Source: Methanobacteriota archaeon
GTDB lineage: Archaea; Thermoplasmatota; Poseidoniia; Poseidoniales; Poseidoniaceae
DNA length: 64,000 bases
Assembly (NCBI GenBank): GCA_018650165.1
Contig: JABIGM010000050.1
Coordinates: forward strand, 32,001-96,000
Direction of reading: 5' to 3'
Both the position numbers and the translations under genes were made by a program. The notes beneath the pieces are model-generated. The model saw nothing but the letters and a program-made list of their open reading frames with translations. It was not told where the DNA came from and made no database searches. Shown piece after piece: positions 53,981-62,898 of this stretch (positions are counted from its first letter, which is position 1; each line of letters opens with the position of its first letter).

Positions 53981-54850
53981 ATGGCGACAACCCTAATGGC
54001 AGACTTGTGGACAGGTGGACTCATTGGGTTTAGAGAAGCTCTTGAAGCGACAATGATTGTTGTAATACTAGTGCTGATACTAAAAAACGGCAAGCGAGAC
54101 GATCTTATTCCTAATATTTGGAAAGGTGTTGCAGCAGGTGTTGGAGCAAGTGTCGTCACCGCTCTGATTTTTGAATTAGTAATTGGGAATTTTGAAGATA
54201 ATGAAGCTTGGTTCGAAGGTATTCTGATGGTTGCATCTTCAGTATTAATTGCAGTAGTAATCTTTCACTTAATCAAGCATCATTCCAAAAATGAATTAGA
54301 AAATCTTGCTGAAAAGGCGATGCTTGACTCTACTAGTGGGGCGAAGTCCCTCTCGGTTATTGCATTCCTTTCAGTATGGAGAGAAGGCTCTGAAACCGTA
54401 GTGTTCCTCGGAGCAAGTACCGATACCCTTTGGGCCATTCTGGGATTGGTCATCGGTATTGGTATCGCAATCTCACTAGGATGGTTAATGATGGCGAAGG
54501 GTGTTAAAATTGACATCAAAAAAATGTTTACAATTTCTACCGTGTTCCTAATATTCGTCGGTGCTGGTTTGTTTGCTCATGGGATTCATGAATTACAAGA
54601 AGACGATGCCGGATTAATCCCTGTTTACAATGAAGAAATTTGGGATTTGAATCCCGAATGGGATGGAGAAGGTGATGCCCCTATTATGCATGATAAAGGT
54701 ACAATTGGTGGTTTATTCCGCGCCATTATTGGCTGGAATGGAGATCCTACATTGCTCGAGTTTTGCGGATGGGTGACTTACCTTGGCGCCATGGCTGCAT
54801 TGATGAAAAGAGATTCCATGGCCCATACACCTGCTGAAGAAAGTGTTTAA
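53981..54850 (+). CDS. FTR1/EfeU-family iron permease
   Basis: Two RExxE motifs (FREALE, WREGSE), multi-TM, GIHELQE. Confidence 0.92.
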   Translation: MATTLMADLWTGGLIGFREALEATMIVVILVLILKNGKRDDLIPNIWKGVAAGVGASVVTALIFELVIGNFEDNEAWFEGILMVASSVLIAVVIFHLIKHHSKNELENLAEKAMLDSTSGAKSLSVIAFLSVWREGSETVVFLGASTDTLWAILGLVIGIGIAISLGWLMMAKGVKIDIKKMFTISTVFLIFVGAGLFAHGIHELQEDDAGLIPVYNEEIWDLNPEWDGEGDAPIMHDKGTIGGLFRAIIGWNGDPTLLEFCGWVTYLGAMAALMKRDSMAHTPAEESV

Positions 54851-55651
54851 TCACAGCGAATCAATGTATTCGAGTACTATTTTTTCTTCGAAAATATCTT
54901 CTTGAAAAGAGAGAGTTGGGCGTGTAATCGATAGTAATGTTACCTCGCCGCCAGCGTTAGGAAATCCTACGATTATCACTGTTGCTAGAGTCGTTTCAAA
55001 TCCATCCCTCTTTACATTAAATCGGGCTATAAATTGAGTATCTTCACCGTACTGGTGGTTTCCTTCTGTTTCGACCTCTTCTAACCAAAACGCATCAGGA
55101 TCAATACTAAAACCACTAATCATTGAATTCATTACATCTATTGATTGACGCATTCTTTTATCATGCATTCCAAGCATAACCCCTAATGTTACACTGGACG
55201 AATCTTGTGACCAAGAGCAGAATGTGTGCGGTGTTCTTGTGCTGAGTATTCCAATCACTGCGCCATCATGAAGCCAAGTATATTGTTCACTGGCGGGCCA
55301 GGAAGGGGCATGTGGATTTTCAGTAGTAATTGGCTCACCCCACTCTTCTGCTCCACTTGGAGTTGAGACCGGATACAATGCAAATAAATTTAATAAAATT
55401 AGCAAAACAAGACTTGTTGCAATTCTTCGGCTCCGATACCTCACCCATTCTTCTCTACCTGCGGGACTAACTAACGAAATTATAATCGCTAAAGGTAGGA
55501 TAACAAAAATCCCCCATGGAATTATCCAGAGAAGTAAAACCCCTACTGATAATGAAATCATTGAGGTTTTGTCAAAATCTTCACTTCGCCATTTGAGGAG
55601 TCCAAACAAGCATGCCACAAGGGCTGTAGATGCGAGAAGACCGCCTAACAC
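54851..55651 (-). CDS. Hypothetical membrane protein with soluble C-terminal domain
   Basis: Several N-terminal TMs then about 170 aa hydrophilic; no recognised motif; GTG start. Confidence 0.6.
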   Translation of the reverse strand: MLGGLLASTALVACLFGLLKWRSEDFDKTSMISLSVGVLLLWIIPWGIFVILPLAIIISLVSPAGREEWVRYRSRRIATSLVLLILLNLFALYPVSTPSGAEEWGEPITTENPHAPSWPASEQYTWLHDGAVIGILSTRTPHTFCSWSQDSSSVTLGVMLGMHDKRMRQSIDVMNSMISGFSIDPDAFWLEEVETEGNHQYGEDTQFIARFNVKRDGFETTLATVIIVGFPNAGGEVTLLSITRPTLSFQEDIFEEKIVLEYIDSL

Positions 55652-55740
55652 GTCCCCCCCTGAACTGTTGTAAGCATAAGTTCAACGCAAATGATGGCCG
55701 ATAAGCGGCACATTGTAATGGGTGTACGCTGGCTTCGAGA

Positions 55741-56550
55741 ATGATGGAGACTAGTTTAACTCTAAATGATGTGTCGTGGCGGCACACTGTTAGAGATTAT
55801 TCTTCTTGGAAACCTTGGGCTAAGAAAGATGGTCCCGGTATACATTCTATCAATCTAGAAATTCACAAAGGTCAGATTCTCGGGTTAATCGGGCCAAATG
55901 GTGCAGGAAAGTCGACCCTGATGAAAGCAATATGTGGCCTATATGATTGCAAAGGGTTCGACAAAACATGTACATCGCGTCGTATTGGAATTGGCTACAT
56001 GCCAGAACAAGTTCGCTGGGAAGGCCGGATAAGTGTAAGGAACACTCTCAAAACAATTTCCCTAATGCGAGAAGAAACTGTTGATGTGGGAAGTATAATT
56101 CAAATTGTTGGCCTTTCCTCAAAATCAGATCATCACCTCGATAATCTATCACAAGGAATGCGCCAACGCCTTTCCTTGGCTTGTGCACTTATTGGGAATC
56201 CAAAAATATTGGTTCTAGATGAGCCGCTGAATGGTTTGGATCCGCTTGCACAGAGAGCTTTCAGTAATCTGTTAGAAAGTCTTGCATCAAAGGGTGTTTC
56301 AATAATAATTTCTTCACATCAAGTTGCCGACCTTGAGATGCTTGCAGACCGAGTTGCACTTCTGCATCACGGTCAATTATTGATTGAAGGCACGCTTTCC
56401 ACTGTCAGAGAAAATCTTGGATTAGATGATAACTCGGGCATATTGGAAATGATTTGTTCAGCCACTGGAATCGACCCTGGTGATGTGAGTCTTGAACTTT
56501 CAAATGACGACTTACTGCCATTCAAACAATTAGGAGGTGAAGAAGAATGA
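55741..56550 (+). CDS. ABC transporter ATP-binding protein (exporter type)
   Basis: GPNGAGKST, LSQGMRQR, LVLDEP, SSH. Confidence 0.93.
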   Translation: MMETSLTLNDVSWRHTVRDYSSWKPWAKKDGPGIHSINLEIHKGQILGLIGPNGAGKSTLMKAICGLYDCKGFDKTCTSRRIGIGYMPEQVRWEGRISVRNTLKTISLMREETVDVGSIIQIVGLSSKSDHHLDNLSQGMRQRLSLACALIGNPKILVLDEPLNGLDPLAQRAFSNLLESLASKGVSIIISSHQVADLEMLADRVALLHHGQLLIEGTLSTVRENLGLDDNSGILEMICSATGIDPGDVSLELSNDDLLPFKQLGGEEE

Positions 56551-57365
56551 GTGCCTTCACCCTTGGCTGGCATATCATGAAAGAACGCCTTTCAGCAGGC
56601 AGAATGTTGGTTATTTGGCCACTACTTGCGATATTCATTATCTTCTCGAGTTGGGGATTATCCGACCCTAAAGCGGATTTGTTATCGGGACTTACTATCG
56701 ATTCCGCATATGATGTGATGTTCGCATCAACAGCATTCATCGGGCTTTCTGCTACGATGGGAGCGGTGTTAATCTCATTTGACGGCATAAGTCGCGACCG
56801 TTTATCAGGAGTTTTAGAAATCAAATTGTCGCAGCCAATTGAACGGTCAAAGTATGCAAGGTCCCTTCTAATTGGACATTGGGGCGCTATTTTCTTCCCT
56901 GTATTGATATTGAATTTATTCAGTCTTGCGATAATTTGGCACAGAATGAATGAATTACCCAGTGTTGAAGAATTTTTCATCTATACCCTAGGTACAGGAT
57001 TACTATTACTTTGGTACACTTCGATTCAACTCTTGGCCTCTTCTTGGGCGAAAGATATGGGTTCATCGATTGCTATTGGATTGGGTGTTTGGATGACATT
57101 CACACTACTGTGGCTAGTTCTAACCACTGTAGTTGCAGGTCTATCAGGGGTTGGAGTTGAAAATCTAAACTCTTCCGAATATGTCGAAATTGGGGGAATG
57201 GTGGATTTGTTTTCACCGAATGGTGTTTACAACCATCTCTTAGAATTACCACTTACTGGTGTCGATAGAGGGATTTCGCCATTAGCATCTACCATTGCTG
57301 CAATCGTATGGAGTGTACTGCCACTACAACTATTCATTCGTAGAATAGAACGTATGCATCCATGA
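56547..57365 (+). CDS. ABC-2 type permease
   Basis: Six-TM pattern; ISRDRLSGVLEIKLSQP resembles the E...GT...LL..P motif; 4-bp overlap with the ATPase. Confidence 0.85.
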   Translation: MSAFTLGWHIMKERLSAGRMLVIWPLLAIFIIFSSWGLSDPKADLLSGLTIDSAYDVMFASTAFIGLSATMGAVLISFDGISRDRLSGVLEIKLSQPIERSKYARSLLIGHWGAIFFPVLILNLFSLAIIWHRMNELPSVEEFFIYTLGTGLLLLWYTSIQLLASSWAKDMGSSIAIGLGVWMTFTLLWLVLTTVVAGLSGVGVENLNSSEYVEIGGMVDLFSPNGVYNHLLELPLTGVDRGISPLASTIAAIVWSVLPLQLFIRRIERMHP

Positions 57366-57411
57366 TAGTGTAAAGCAACACACTAAGTATATTCTGTTCA
57401 TAGGACAAGCC

Positions 57412-59328
57412 ATGAAGGAGAGAATTCCAGCACTGTTGCTAGCAATCCTGATGGCAACAATGTCATTCACAACTGTAACAAGCGCCGAAGATTCAGGACG
57501 ACAAGCGATGGACGTAGATTGTTCAGGCTATACATTTGAAGACCTTTTTGAATACAATAATGCTGTCTTTATGTTTGAAATTTTAGATGATTGGGCGACC
57601 TCTGATTTGTACGCTAATTCATGGGTCAATGAGAGCCGCGCTTCTGTTGTTAGAGATAATCTGGACAGTTTGTTCGAAGGCCTACCTGGAGGAAATGACA
57701 ACTGGATTTCAACTGATGAGAGAGATGCTGTAAGAGAAATCGGTGCCAAGTGTATTGCAGACATGTACACTCGAATTGGAATTCGTGAAGGGCTCCCACA
57801 TCGTGGAGATGTAGATTGGAATGATGTGACGTTCGTCGAAGAAGGTATTGGGCTAGAAGAAGTTAACTTAGTTCCAGAAGGGCATCCAGACGAGAGGGTT
57901 TGCCCCGCTAGTTCAGGACGTATTCCAAGTGATGATTGTAAAGAAGTTCCAACTACTGCAACCAATAACCTTGAGATCTCGATGTTTACAAAAGAAGATG
58001 AAACGCACAATACTAGATTCAATCAACTTCCAAATTTCGGAAATGGAGATTATGAAAACCAAACATTCACAGTCGCCATGAATGCAACAAATGTAACAAG
58101 CGCCACTATGGTGTTCTCATTCCCATACGTTGACGGCCTTAGAATGGCAAACTGGACCATCGAAGATGATGGCGAAACCAATCTAGAAGCAGGGTCTATT
58201 ATTGAAACACACCTTCCTGATGGAAGCGTTAGAGTAACCCTAACCATCGGTTACGACAAAGCAGATTACCCAATGATTCGAAATATCTTCTTTGACATGA
58301 CGACCACTCCTCCTGAAGAAAATGATATTCCAGTTTGGAGTTCTTATGCTCCTGAAGATAATACAATTATCCCAATTATCAAAGATGGTAGTGAAGTTGT
58401 TGCAATCACTGGAAACACGATGGAAAACTGGGCTAGCGATGATAACGCATGGGGCCTAGACTGTGAATTTGCTGAAACCGGCTGGTCCAGTAGAATGAAT
58501 TCCGATGGTGAACTTTTAGTAACATCTGGCTCTTCTGAATCTGGAACTGCAGAGTGCTCTATTGTCGACCCATATGGTGCTACAAACAATGAAACTCACA
58601 CATGGAGGTTTGGCCAGCCTGCGAGTTTTTCAGCAGTAGCAGGTAGTTATTCTGATTCGGTTGATATCGATGCAAATCCGACACTGTTAGTGCAAAGCCT
58701 CGCTGTTGGAATGGCTGCATACCAAAATGGTGGAGATGGGCCGGTAACCAATTTTAATCTCGGCACAACTTCATCCTCAAACTCCGTTAGCTTATCTGGG
58801 ATGTCACCTGGTGAATTCATGATTCACGTTACTGCAAGTTCGGATGGAATGTTAGATTGGAATACAATGTTAGACCTTTCATTAGAAAAGAAGAACACAC
58901 CTCCTGTAATTACTGTCAAAACTGACGAAATCGACGGGACTCAGGCTACTTGGGCATCAGACCAGTACTCGTTCAGTCTATCAGGTACTGCAATTGACCC
59001 CGATGGAGGTGTAGTAACCCTATCTGCAAATATGTGTGGAGAAACCACTACTGCATTCACTAGAGATGGTGAAAATTGGGATGTTAGCCTATCAATCGCA
59101 AAGTGTGTATCCGATGGAGTAACTCAGTATGATGTCATCATTACGGCTACCGACCCCGTTAATGGGATAGCCACTGCAGATGTAAGTGTCCCAGATCCAT
59201 TTGCTGGTTCTAACACAGACACAGGCGACACAGATACCTCAGCCGAAGAGAGCGGCCTACCTTCAATCGGCATGTTTGCAACAATCATTTCGATGCTAGG
59301 TGCTGCACTTTTACTACGCAGAGACTAA
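57412..59328 (+). CDS. Exported acidic protein with C-terminal TM sorting-like signal
   Basis: Signal peptide; Asp/Thr/Ser-rich beta domains; NTPPVI...DPDG (PKD/cadherin-like); C-terminus EESGLPSIGMFATIISMLGAALLLRRD. Confidence 0.75.
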   Translation: MKERIPALLLAILMATMSFTTVTSAEDSGRQAMDVDCSGYTFEDLFEYNNAVFMFEILDDWATSDLYANSWVNESRASVVRDNLDSLFEGLPGGNDNWISTDERDAVREIGAKCIADMYTRIGIREGLPHRGDVDWNDVTFVEEGIGLEEVNLVPEGHPDERVCPASSGRIPSDDCKEVPTTATNNLEISMFTKEDETHNTRFNQLPNFGNGDYENQTFTVAMNATNVTSATMVFSFPYVDGLRMANWTIEDDGETNLEAGSIIETHLPDGSVRVTLTIGYDKADYPMIRNIFFDMTTTPPEENDIPVWSSYAPEDNTIIPIIKDGSEVVAITGNTMENWASDDNAWGLDCEFAETGWSSRMNSDGELLVTSGSSESGTAECSIVDPYGATNNETHTWRFGQPASFSAVAGSYSDSVDIDANPTLLVQSLAVGMAAYQNGGDGPVTNFNLGTTSSSNSVSLSGMSPGEFMIHVTASSDGMLDWNTMLDLSLEKKNTPPVITVKTDEIDGTQATWASDQYSFSLSGTAIDPDGGVVTLSANMCGETTTAFTRDGENWDVSLSIAKCVSDGVTQYDVIITATDPVNGIATADVSVPDPFAGSNTDTGDTDTSAEESGLPSIGMFATIISMLGAALLLRRD

Positions 59329-59364
59329 CCGTCACACTGAAAAGCAGAACGCCGAGGGCGTGTT

Positions 59365-60516
59365 ATGTTCAAAGGCAGGGTGGAGAGTGTCAGCCATGAA
59401 GGCGGCTTACTCGTATCATACTCAGGTGCTTGTCCTGCTCTAGGGTCGGTTATGATCGATTCTGGCGAGACATATATCGGCAAAGTTGATGGAGTAATTG
59501 GTAATCTAAAAGAGTCACTGGTACACATTGCTCACCTCGACAGAAAATCAAATCCCGAAGCTATGCTTGGTCTAGAAATTACAATTAGAACTCGTAAACC
59601 GAGGGATAAACAACACTCGAGTGATGGTCGTCGCGACCGAGATAATCGGGGCGAGCGGGGTGACCGGGGAGGTCGAGATGACAATCGTGGAGACCGCAGG
59701 GGACGCGATAACCGCGGAGACCGAGATAATCGAGATAATCGAGGTGGGAATTCAAACCATCAAAACCGGGATTGGGATTGTCCTAAATGTAATAATTCTA
59801 ATTTTTCTTTCAGAACAGAATGTAATCGCTGTGGCGAGCAAAAAGGAAGAGGCGGTTCTAACTTCCAACGCGATGACAGGCGTGGAAGAGACGACAGGCG
59901 TGGAAGAGACGACAGGCGAGATAATGACCGCCGTGACAATCGTAATACTCACGGCGATAATGATTGGGATTGTCCGAAATGTAAAAATTCCAATTTCGCA
60001 TTCCGAACAGAATGTAATCGCTGCGGCGAATCTAAGGGCAGAGGTGGCTCAAATTTCCAACGTAACGACCGCCGAGGAAGTGATGAGCGACGTGGCGGTA
60101 ATGATCGCCGAGGAAGAGACGATAGACGCGGAGGTAATGACCGACGTGGAAATGGTAACACTCACGGAGAAAATGACTGGGACTGTCGAGAATGTAAGAA
60201 TTCTAACTTTTCATTCAGGAATGAATGTAACAGATGTGGCGCACCTAAAGGAAGAGGGAGTGCACCAACTCAAAAATGGGAAGGTAATGATCGTAGGGCC
60301 GGAGATAGAAATGAATCATCTCAGCCTAGAGCGGGTGATTGGGATTGTCCACAATGTGGTAAATCCAACTTTGCAAAACGCAATGATTGCTTTGGCTGTG
60401 GACGCTCAAAAAGGGTTGGCGGCCCTCGAAATAAAGGACACCACCGCAAATTACGCGACCCCCCGAAATTGCAATCTGCTAAGTACGGTCGCGGTGAGCG
60501 GAGGAATAACGAATGA
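59365..60516 (+). CDS. Gar1/Naf1-like N-terminal domain fused to RGG/RD tracts and four RanBP2-type zinc fingers
   Basis: The first about 75 aa (...IGKVDGVIG....VHI) resemble the archaeal Gar1 core; four W-D-C-x2-C-x3-N-F-x5-C-x2-C fingers at about 59770, 59962, 60175 and 60337. Confidence 0.82.
   Translation: MFKGRVESVSHEGGLLVSYSGACPALGSVMIDSGETYIGKVDGVIGNLKESLVHIAHLDRKSNPEAMLGLEITIRTRKPRDKQHSSDGRRDRDNRGERGDRGGRDDNRGDRRGRDNRGDRDNRDNRGGNSNHQNRDWDCPKCNNSNFSFRTECNRCGEQKGRGGSNFQRDDRRGRDDRRGRDDRRDNDRRDNRNTHGDNDWDCPKCKNSNFAFRTECNRCGESKGRGGSNFQRNDRRGSDERRGGNDRRGRDDRRGGNDRRGNGNTHGENDWDCRECKNSNFSFRNECNRCGAPKGRGSAPTQKWEGNDRRAGDRNESSQPRAGDWDCPQCGKSNFAKRNDCFGCGRSKRVGGPRNKGHHRKLRDPPKLQSAKYGRGERRNNE
59770..60411 (+). 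repeat. Four RanBP2 zinc-finger repeats with RGG/RDDR spacers
   Basis: DWDCPKCNNSNFSFRTECNRCG, DWDCPKCKNSNFAFRTECNRCG, DWDCRECKNSNFSFRNECNRCG, DWDCPQCGKSNFAKRNDCFGCG; short DNA repeats such as gacgacaggcgtggaaga. Confidence 0.92.
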
Positions 60517-61544
60517 GTGCTGAAAGCCATTATCTTGATGCAATTGAAGCAGAAGAGAATGGTGAAATTGACAGTGCCTTAGAGCATGCTAGGCTTGCTG
60601 TCGAAGCAGACCCTGAGCATTCAAACGCATGGTGGATGATTGCATGCCTCCTTTCGCCCGAAGGAAAATATCCAGATATCGAGCAAGCATCAAAGGCAGT
60701 AGTTGCATGTAATAAAGTCATAGACATCGATCCTTCTAGAGTTGATACATGGGTCAAATGTGGACGCTTGATGGTTGATCATTTGGGTCTGCACGAAGAT
60801 GCTCTCGCATGGTGGCAGCGCTGCAGAGAAGCTGCTCCACTAGAATCGGTTCCGATTATAGAACAAGTAACAATTCTTTCAGACCTGGGAATGTATGCTG
60901 AAGCAAGAGACCGCTTAAGTGCGCTTTTCGAAGAGAATTTAGATATTGCAAATTCGCAACTTGCACGAATTACACATCTGCACAAAACTCTCGAGCGTTC
61001 GGCTCAACAGGACCCGAAAGTCCATTTCAAACCGTGGCAAAAAAATCATGGAGGATGGACTGCAATTAAGATGCGAGCAAACAAAGCACCTGTTTCGGAA
61101 AACATGTTGTTTATGTTGTCCACAGTTCCATTTTTGATGATGGAAGTTTTTGCTGCAAGGGCATTATTTGGTTCGGGATGGGGTGCATTTTGTCTGACAA
61201 GCCTGCTTATTTTAGTGACCGTAATAATCGGTATGTCCTTCACAAGAAAATTGTATCAACGAGTGAATAGACCAGGTTTCAACTTACTAAGAGCGATTCA
61301 ATTTGAGGCGAGTTGTGGAAAAGTCGTAATCCCTGAAGATATTCGAGCCTCGAAATTATACATGTTCCTATTCGCTCGACATCCACCTGCATTTCAGCAA
61401 AGATTAGAGAAAATTGTCGAGGCAGACCGTAAACTTCCAAGGAATTGGAAAATGAATCTGCCTGATTTTGAATCACATTACGATGAGATAGGATACATCG
61501 ATGATGAACAAGAAGAAGACTTGACTTCGTACGAAGAAGAGTGA
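60513..61544 (+). CDS. TPR-repeat protein with two central TMs
   Basis: A-x3-D-P-x4-W TPR patterns (AVEADPEHSNAW, IDIDPSRVDTW); hydrophobic pair about aa 200-245; 4-bp overlap with the zinc-finger gene. Confidence 0.72.
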   Translation: MSAESHYLDAIEAEENGEIDSALEHARLAVEADPEHSNAWWMIACLLSPEGKYPDIEQASKAVVACNKVIDIDPSRVDTWVKCGRLMVDHLGLHEDALAWWQRCREAAPLESVPIIEQVTILSDLGMYAEARDRLSALFEENLDIANSQLARITHLHKTLERSAQQDPKVHFKPWQKNHGGWTAIKMRANKAPVSENMLFMLSTVPFLMMEVFAARALFGSGWGAFCLTSLLILVTVIIGMSFTRKLYQRVNRPGFNLLRAIQFEASCGKVVIPEDIRASKLYMFLFARHPPAFQQRLEKIVEADRKLPRNWKMNLPDFESHYDEIGYIDDEQEEDLTSYEEE

Positions 61545-62810
61545 TCATGTCCCAGCAGTATAATCTGTTGCGTATGTGGTTTGCTCTTGGGTTAACTCAT
61601 CAATAGAGAATCCAAGTGTGCTCAATTTTGTATTTGCCAAATCCATATCCTGTTCCAGTGAGATGTCGTAGACCTTTGCATCCATGTCTGCGCCTTCTGC
61701 AGCAAGCCTGCATAGAGATAGGAATTGATTTGCAAAACTCATATCCATTACTTCCGAAGGGTGGCCTTCGGCTGCGGCTAGATTGACTAATCTACCGTCT
61801 GCTAGAAGATATATGCGGCGCCCATCAGCCAGAGTATATTCATCGTTTTCGGGACGTATTGTTCGCATTGAAATAGACCTTTCTTTCAATTCTTTAATGT
61901 TAATTTCACAGTCATAGTGACCTGTGTTTGAAACTAATGCACCGTCTTTCATTGTGTCAACATGGCGTCCCAAAATTACATCTTTCATGCCAGTAGCAGT
62001 ACAAAATATGTCACCAAGAGGAGCTGCATCATCCATACGCATTACTCGGAAACCATCCATCACTGCCCTTAGAGCAGGTAGTGGATCAATCTCTGTGATT
62101 ATGACATTAGCACCCATTCCGCGTGCTCTCATAGCAAGACCACGTCCACAATGACCGTAACCTGCTACGACAAACGTTTTGCCAGCAATCAGTACACTGG
62201 TTGCTCTGATGATTCCATCTAAGGTCGATTGCCCGGTTCCATACACGTTATCGAAGTCCCATTTTGTGATTGCATCATTAACTGCGATTACTGGGTACTT
62301 CAAATCGCCAGCATTTGCCATAGCACGAAGCCGGTGAACTCCTGTCGTTGTTTCCTCTGTTCCTCCAATGACGGTATCTGCAAATTCAGATTTATCACCA
62401 TGAACACGAACAATCAAATCTGCACCATCATCAAGGGTCAGAGTTGGTTTCAACTCTAGTGTTCGGTCTATACACCAATAAAAGTCCTCAACTGATTGCC
62501 CATGCCATGCATGTACTGCATAACCCTCACGAGCCAACCAGGCCGCTACATCATCTTGTGTAGAAAGTGGATTACATCCAGACCATGATACCTCAGCGCC
62601 TGCTGCTCGAATGGTTTCAATGAGAACTGCTGTTTCCTTAGTGACATGGAGGCAACCAGTTACTCTCATCCCTGCAAGGGGTTGGTCTATTTCGGCTTGT
62701 GATTTCAAAGCGGCTAATACTGGCATTCGGGAGCGTGCCCAATCCACACGTAATGCACCTTGGTCAGCTAGGCTCATGTCGGCAACTGTGTAGAACTCGC
62801 CTTTGTCCAT
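61545..62810 (-). CDS. ahcY: Adenosylhomocysteinase
   Basis: RMPVL, GCLHVTKETA, GCNPLSTQD, DDGAD, EETTTGV, KWDFDNVYGTGQS, GYGHCGRG, GHYDCEI, GRLVNLAAAEGHP. Start at ATG 62810. Confidence 0.97.
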   Translation of the reverse strand: MDKGEFYTVADMSLADQGALRVDWARSRMPVLAALKSQAEIDQPLAGMRVTGCLHVTKETAVLIETIRAAGAEVSWSGCNPLSTQDDVAAWLAREGYAVHAWHGQSVEDFYWCIDRTLELKPTLTLDDGADLIVRVHGDKSEFADTVIGGTEETTTGVHRLRAMANAGDLKYPVIAVNDAITKWDFDNVYGTGQSTLDGIIRATSVLIAGKTFVVAGYGHCGRGLAMRARGMGANVIITEIDPLPALRAVMDGFRVMRMDDAAPLGDIFCTATGMKDVILGRHVDTMKDGALVSNTGHYDCEINIKELKERSISMRTIRPENDEYTLADGRRIYLLADGRLVNLAAAEGHPSEVMDMSFANQFLSLCRLAAEGADMDAKVYDISLEQDMDLANTKLSTLGFSIDELTQEQTTYATDYTAGT

Positions 62811-62844
62811 GGACTGGCCCGTGTGGACACACCTCATAGGTGAA

Positions 62845-62889
62845 TCGGTCACAAGGCTCACCTCAAAAGAAGTGGAGCCCGGTGATCAA
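62845..62889 (-). other. Long imperfect hairpin in the ahcY upstream region
   Basis: Minus-strand UUGAUCAC-C-GGGCU-C-CACUUC-UUUU-GAGGUG-AGCCU-U-GUGACCGA, about 18 pairs with one bulge and two mismatches. Confidence 0.6.
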
Positions 62890-62898
62890 CTAACCTCG

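Noticed and set aside
59860-60150. CRISPR-like or satellite repeats in the GACGACAGGCGTGGAAGA region
   Set aside because: Repeats are in-frame, degenerate coding repeats (RDDRRG) without unique spacers; no cas genes. No CRISPR array was found in the window.
59621-60523. 300-aa alternative-frame ORF over the zinc-finger gene
   Set aside because: Shadow ORF caused by repetitive codon usage; the 59365 frame carries the coherent Zn-finger motifs.
62811-62861. Longer ORF-track starts (ahcY 62861, and likewise 5062, 14977, 28332, 43172, 47609, 47589)
   Set aside because: The extensions overlap neighbours or lack family similarity; downstream ATGs with an SD or matching family N-termini were preferred.
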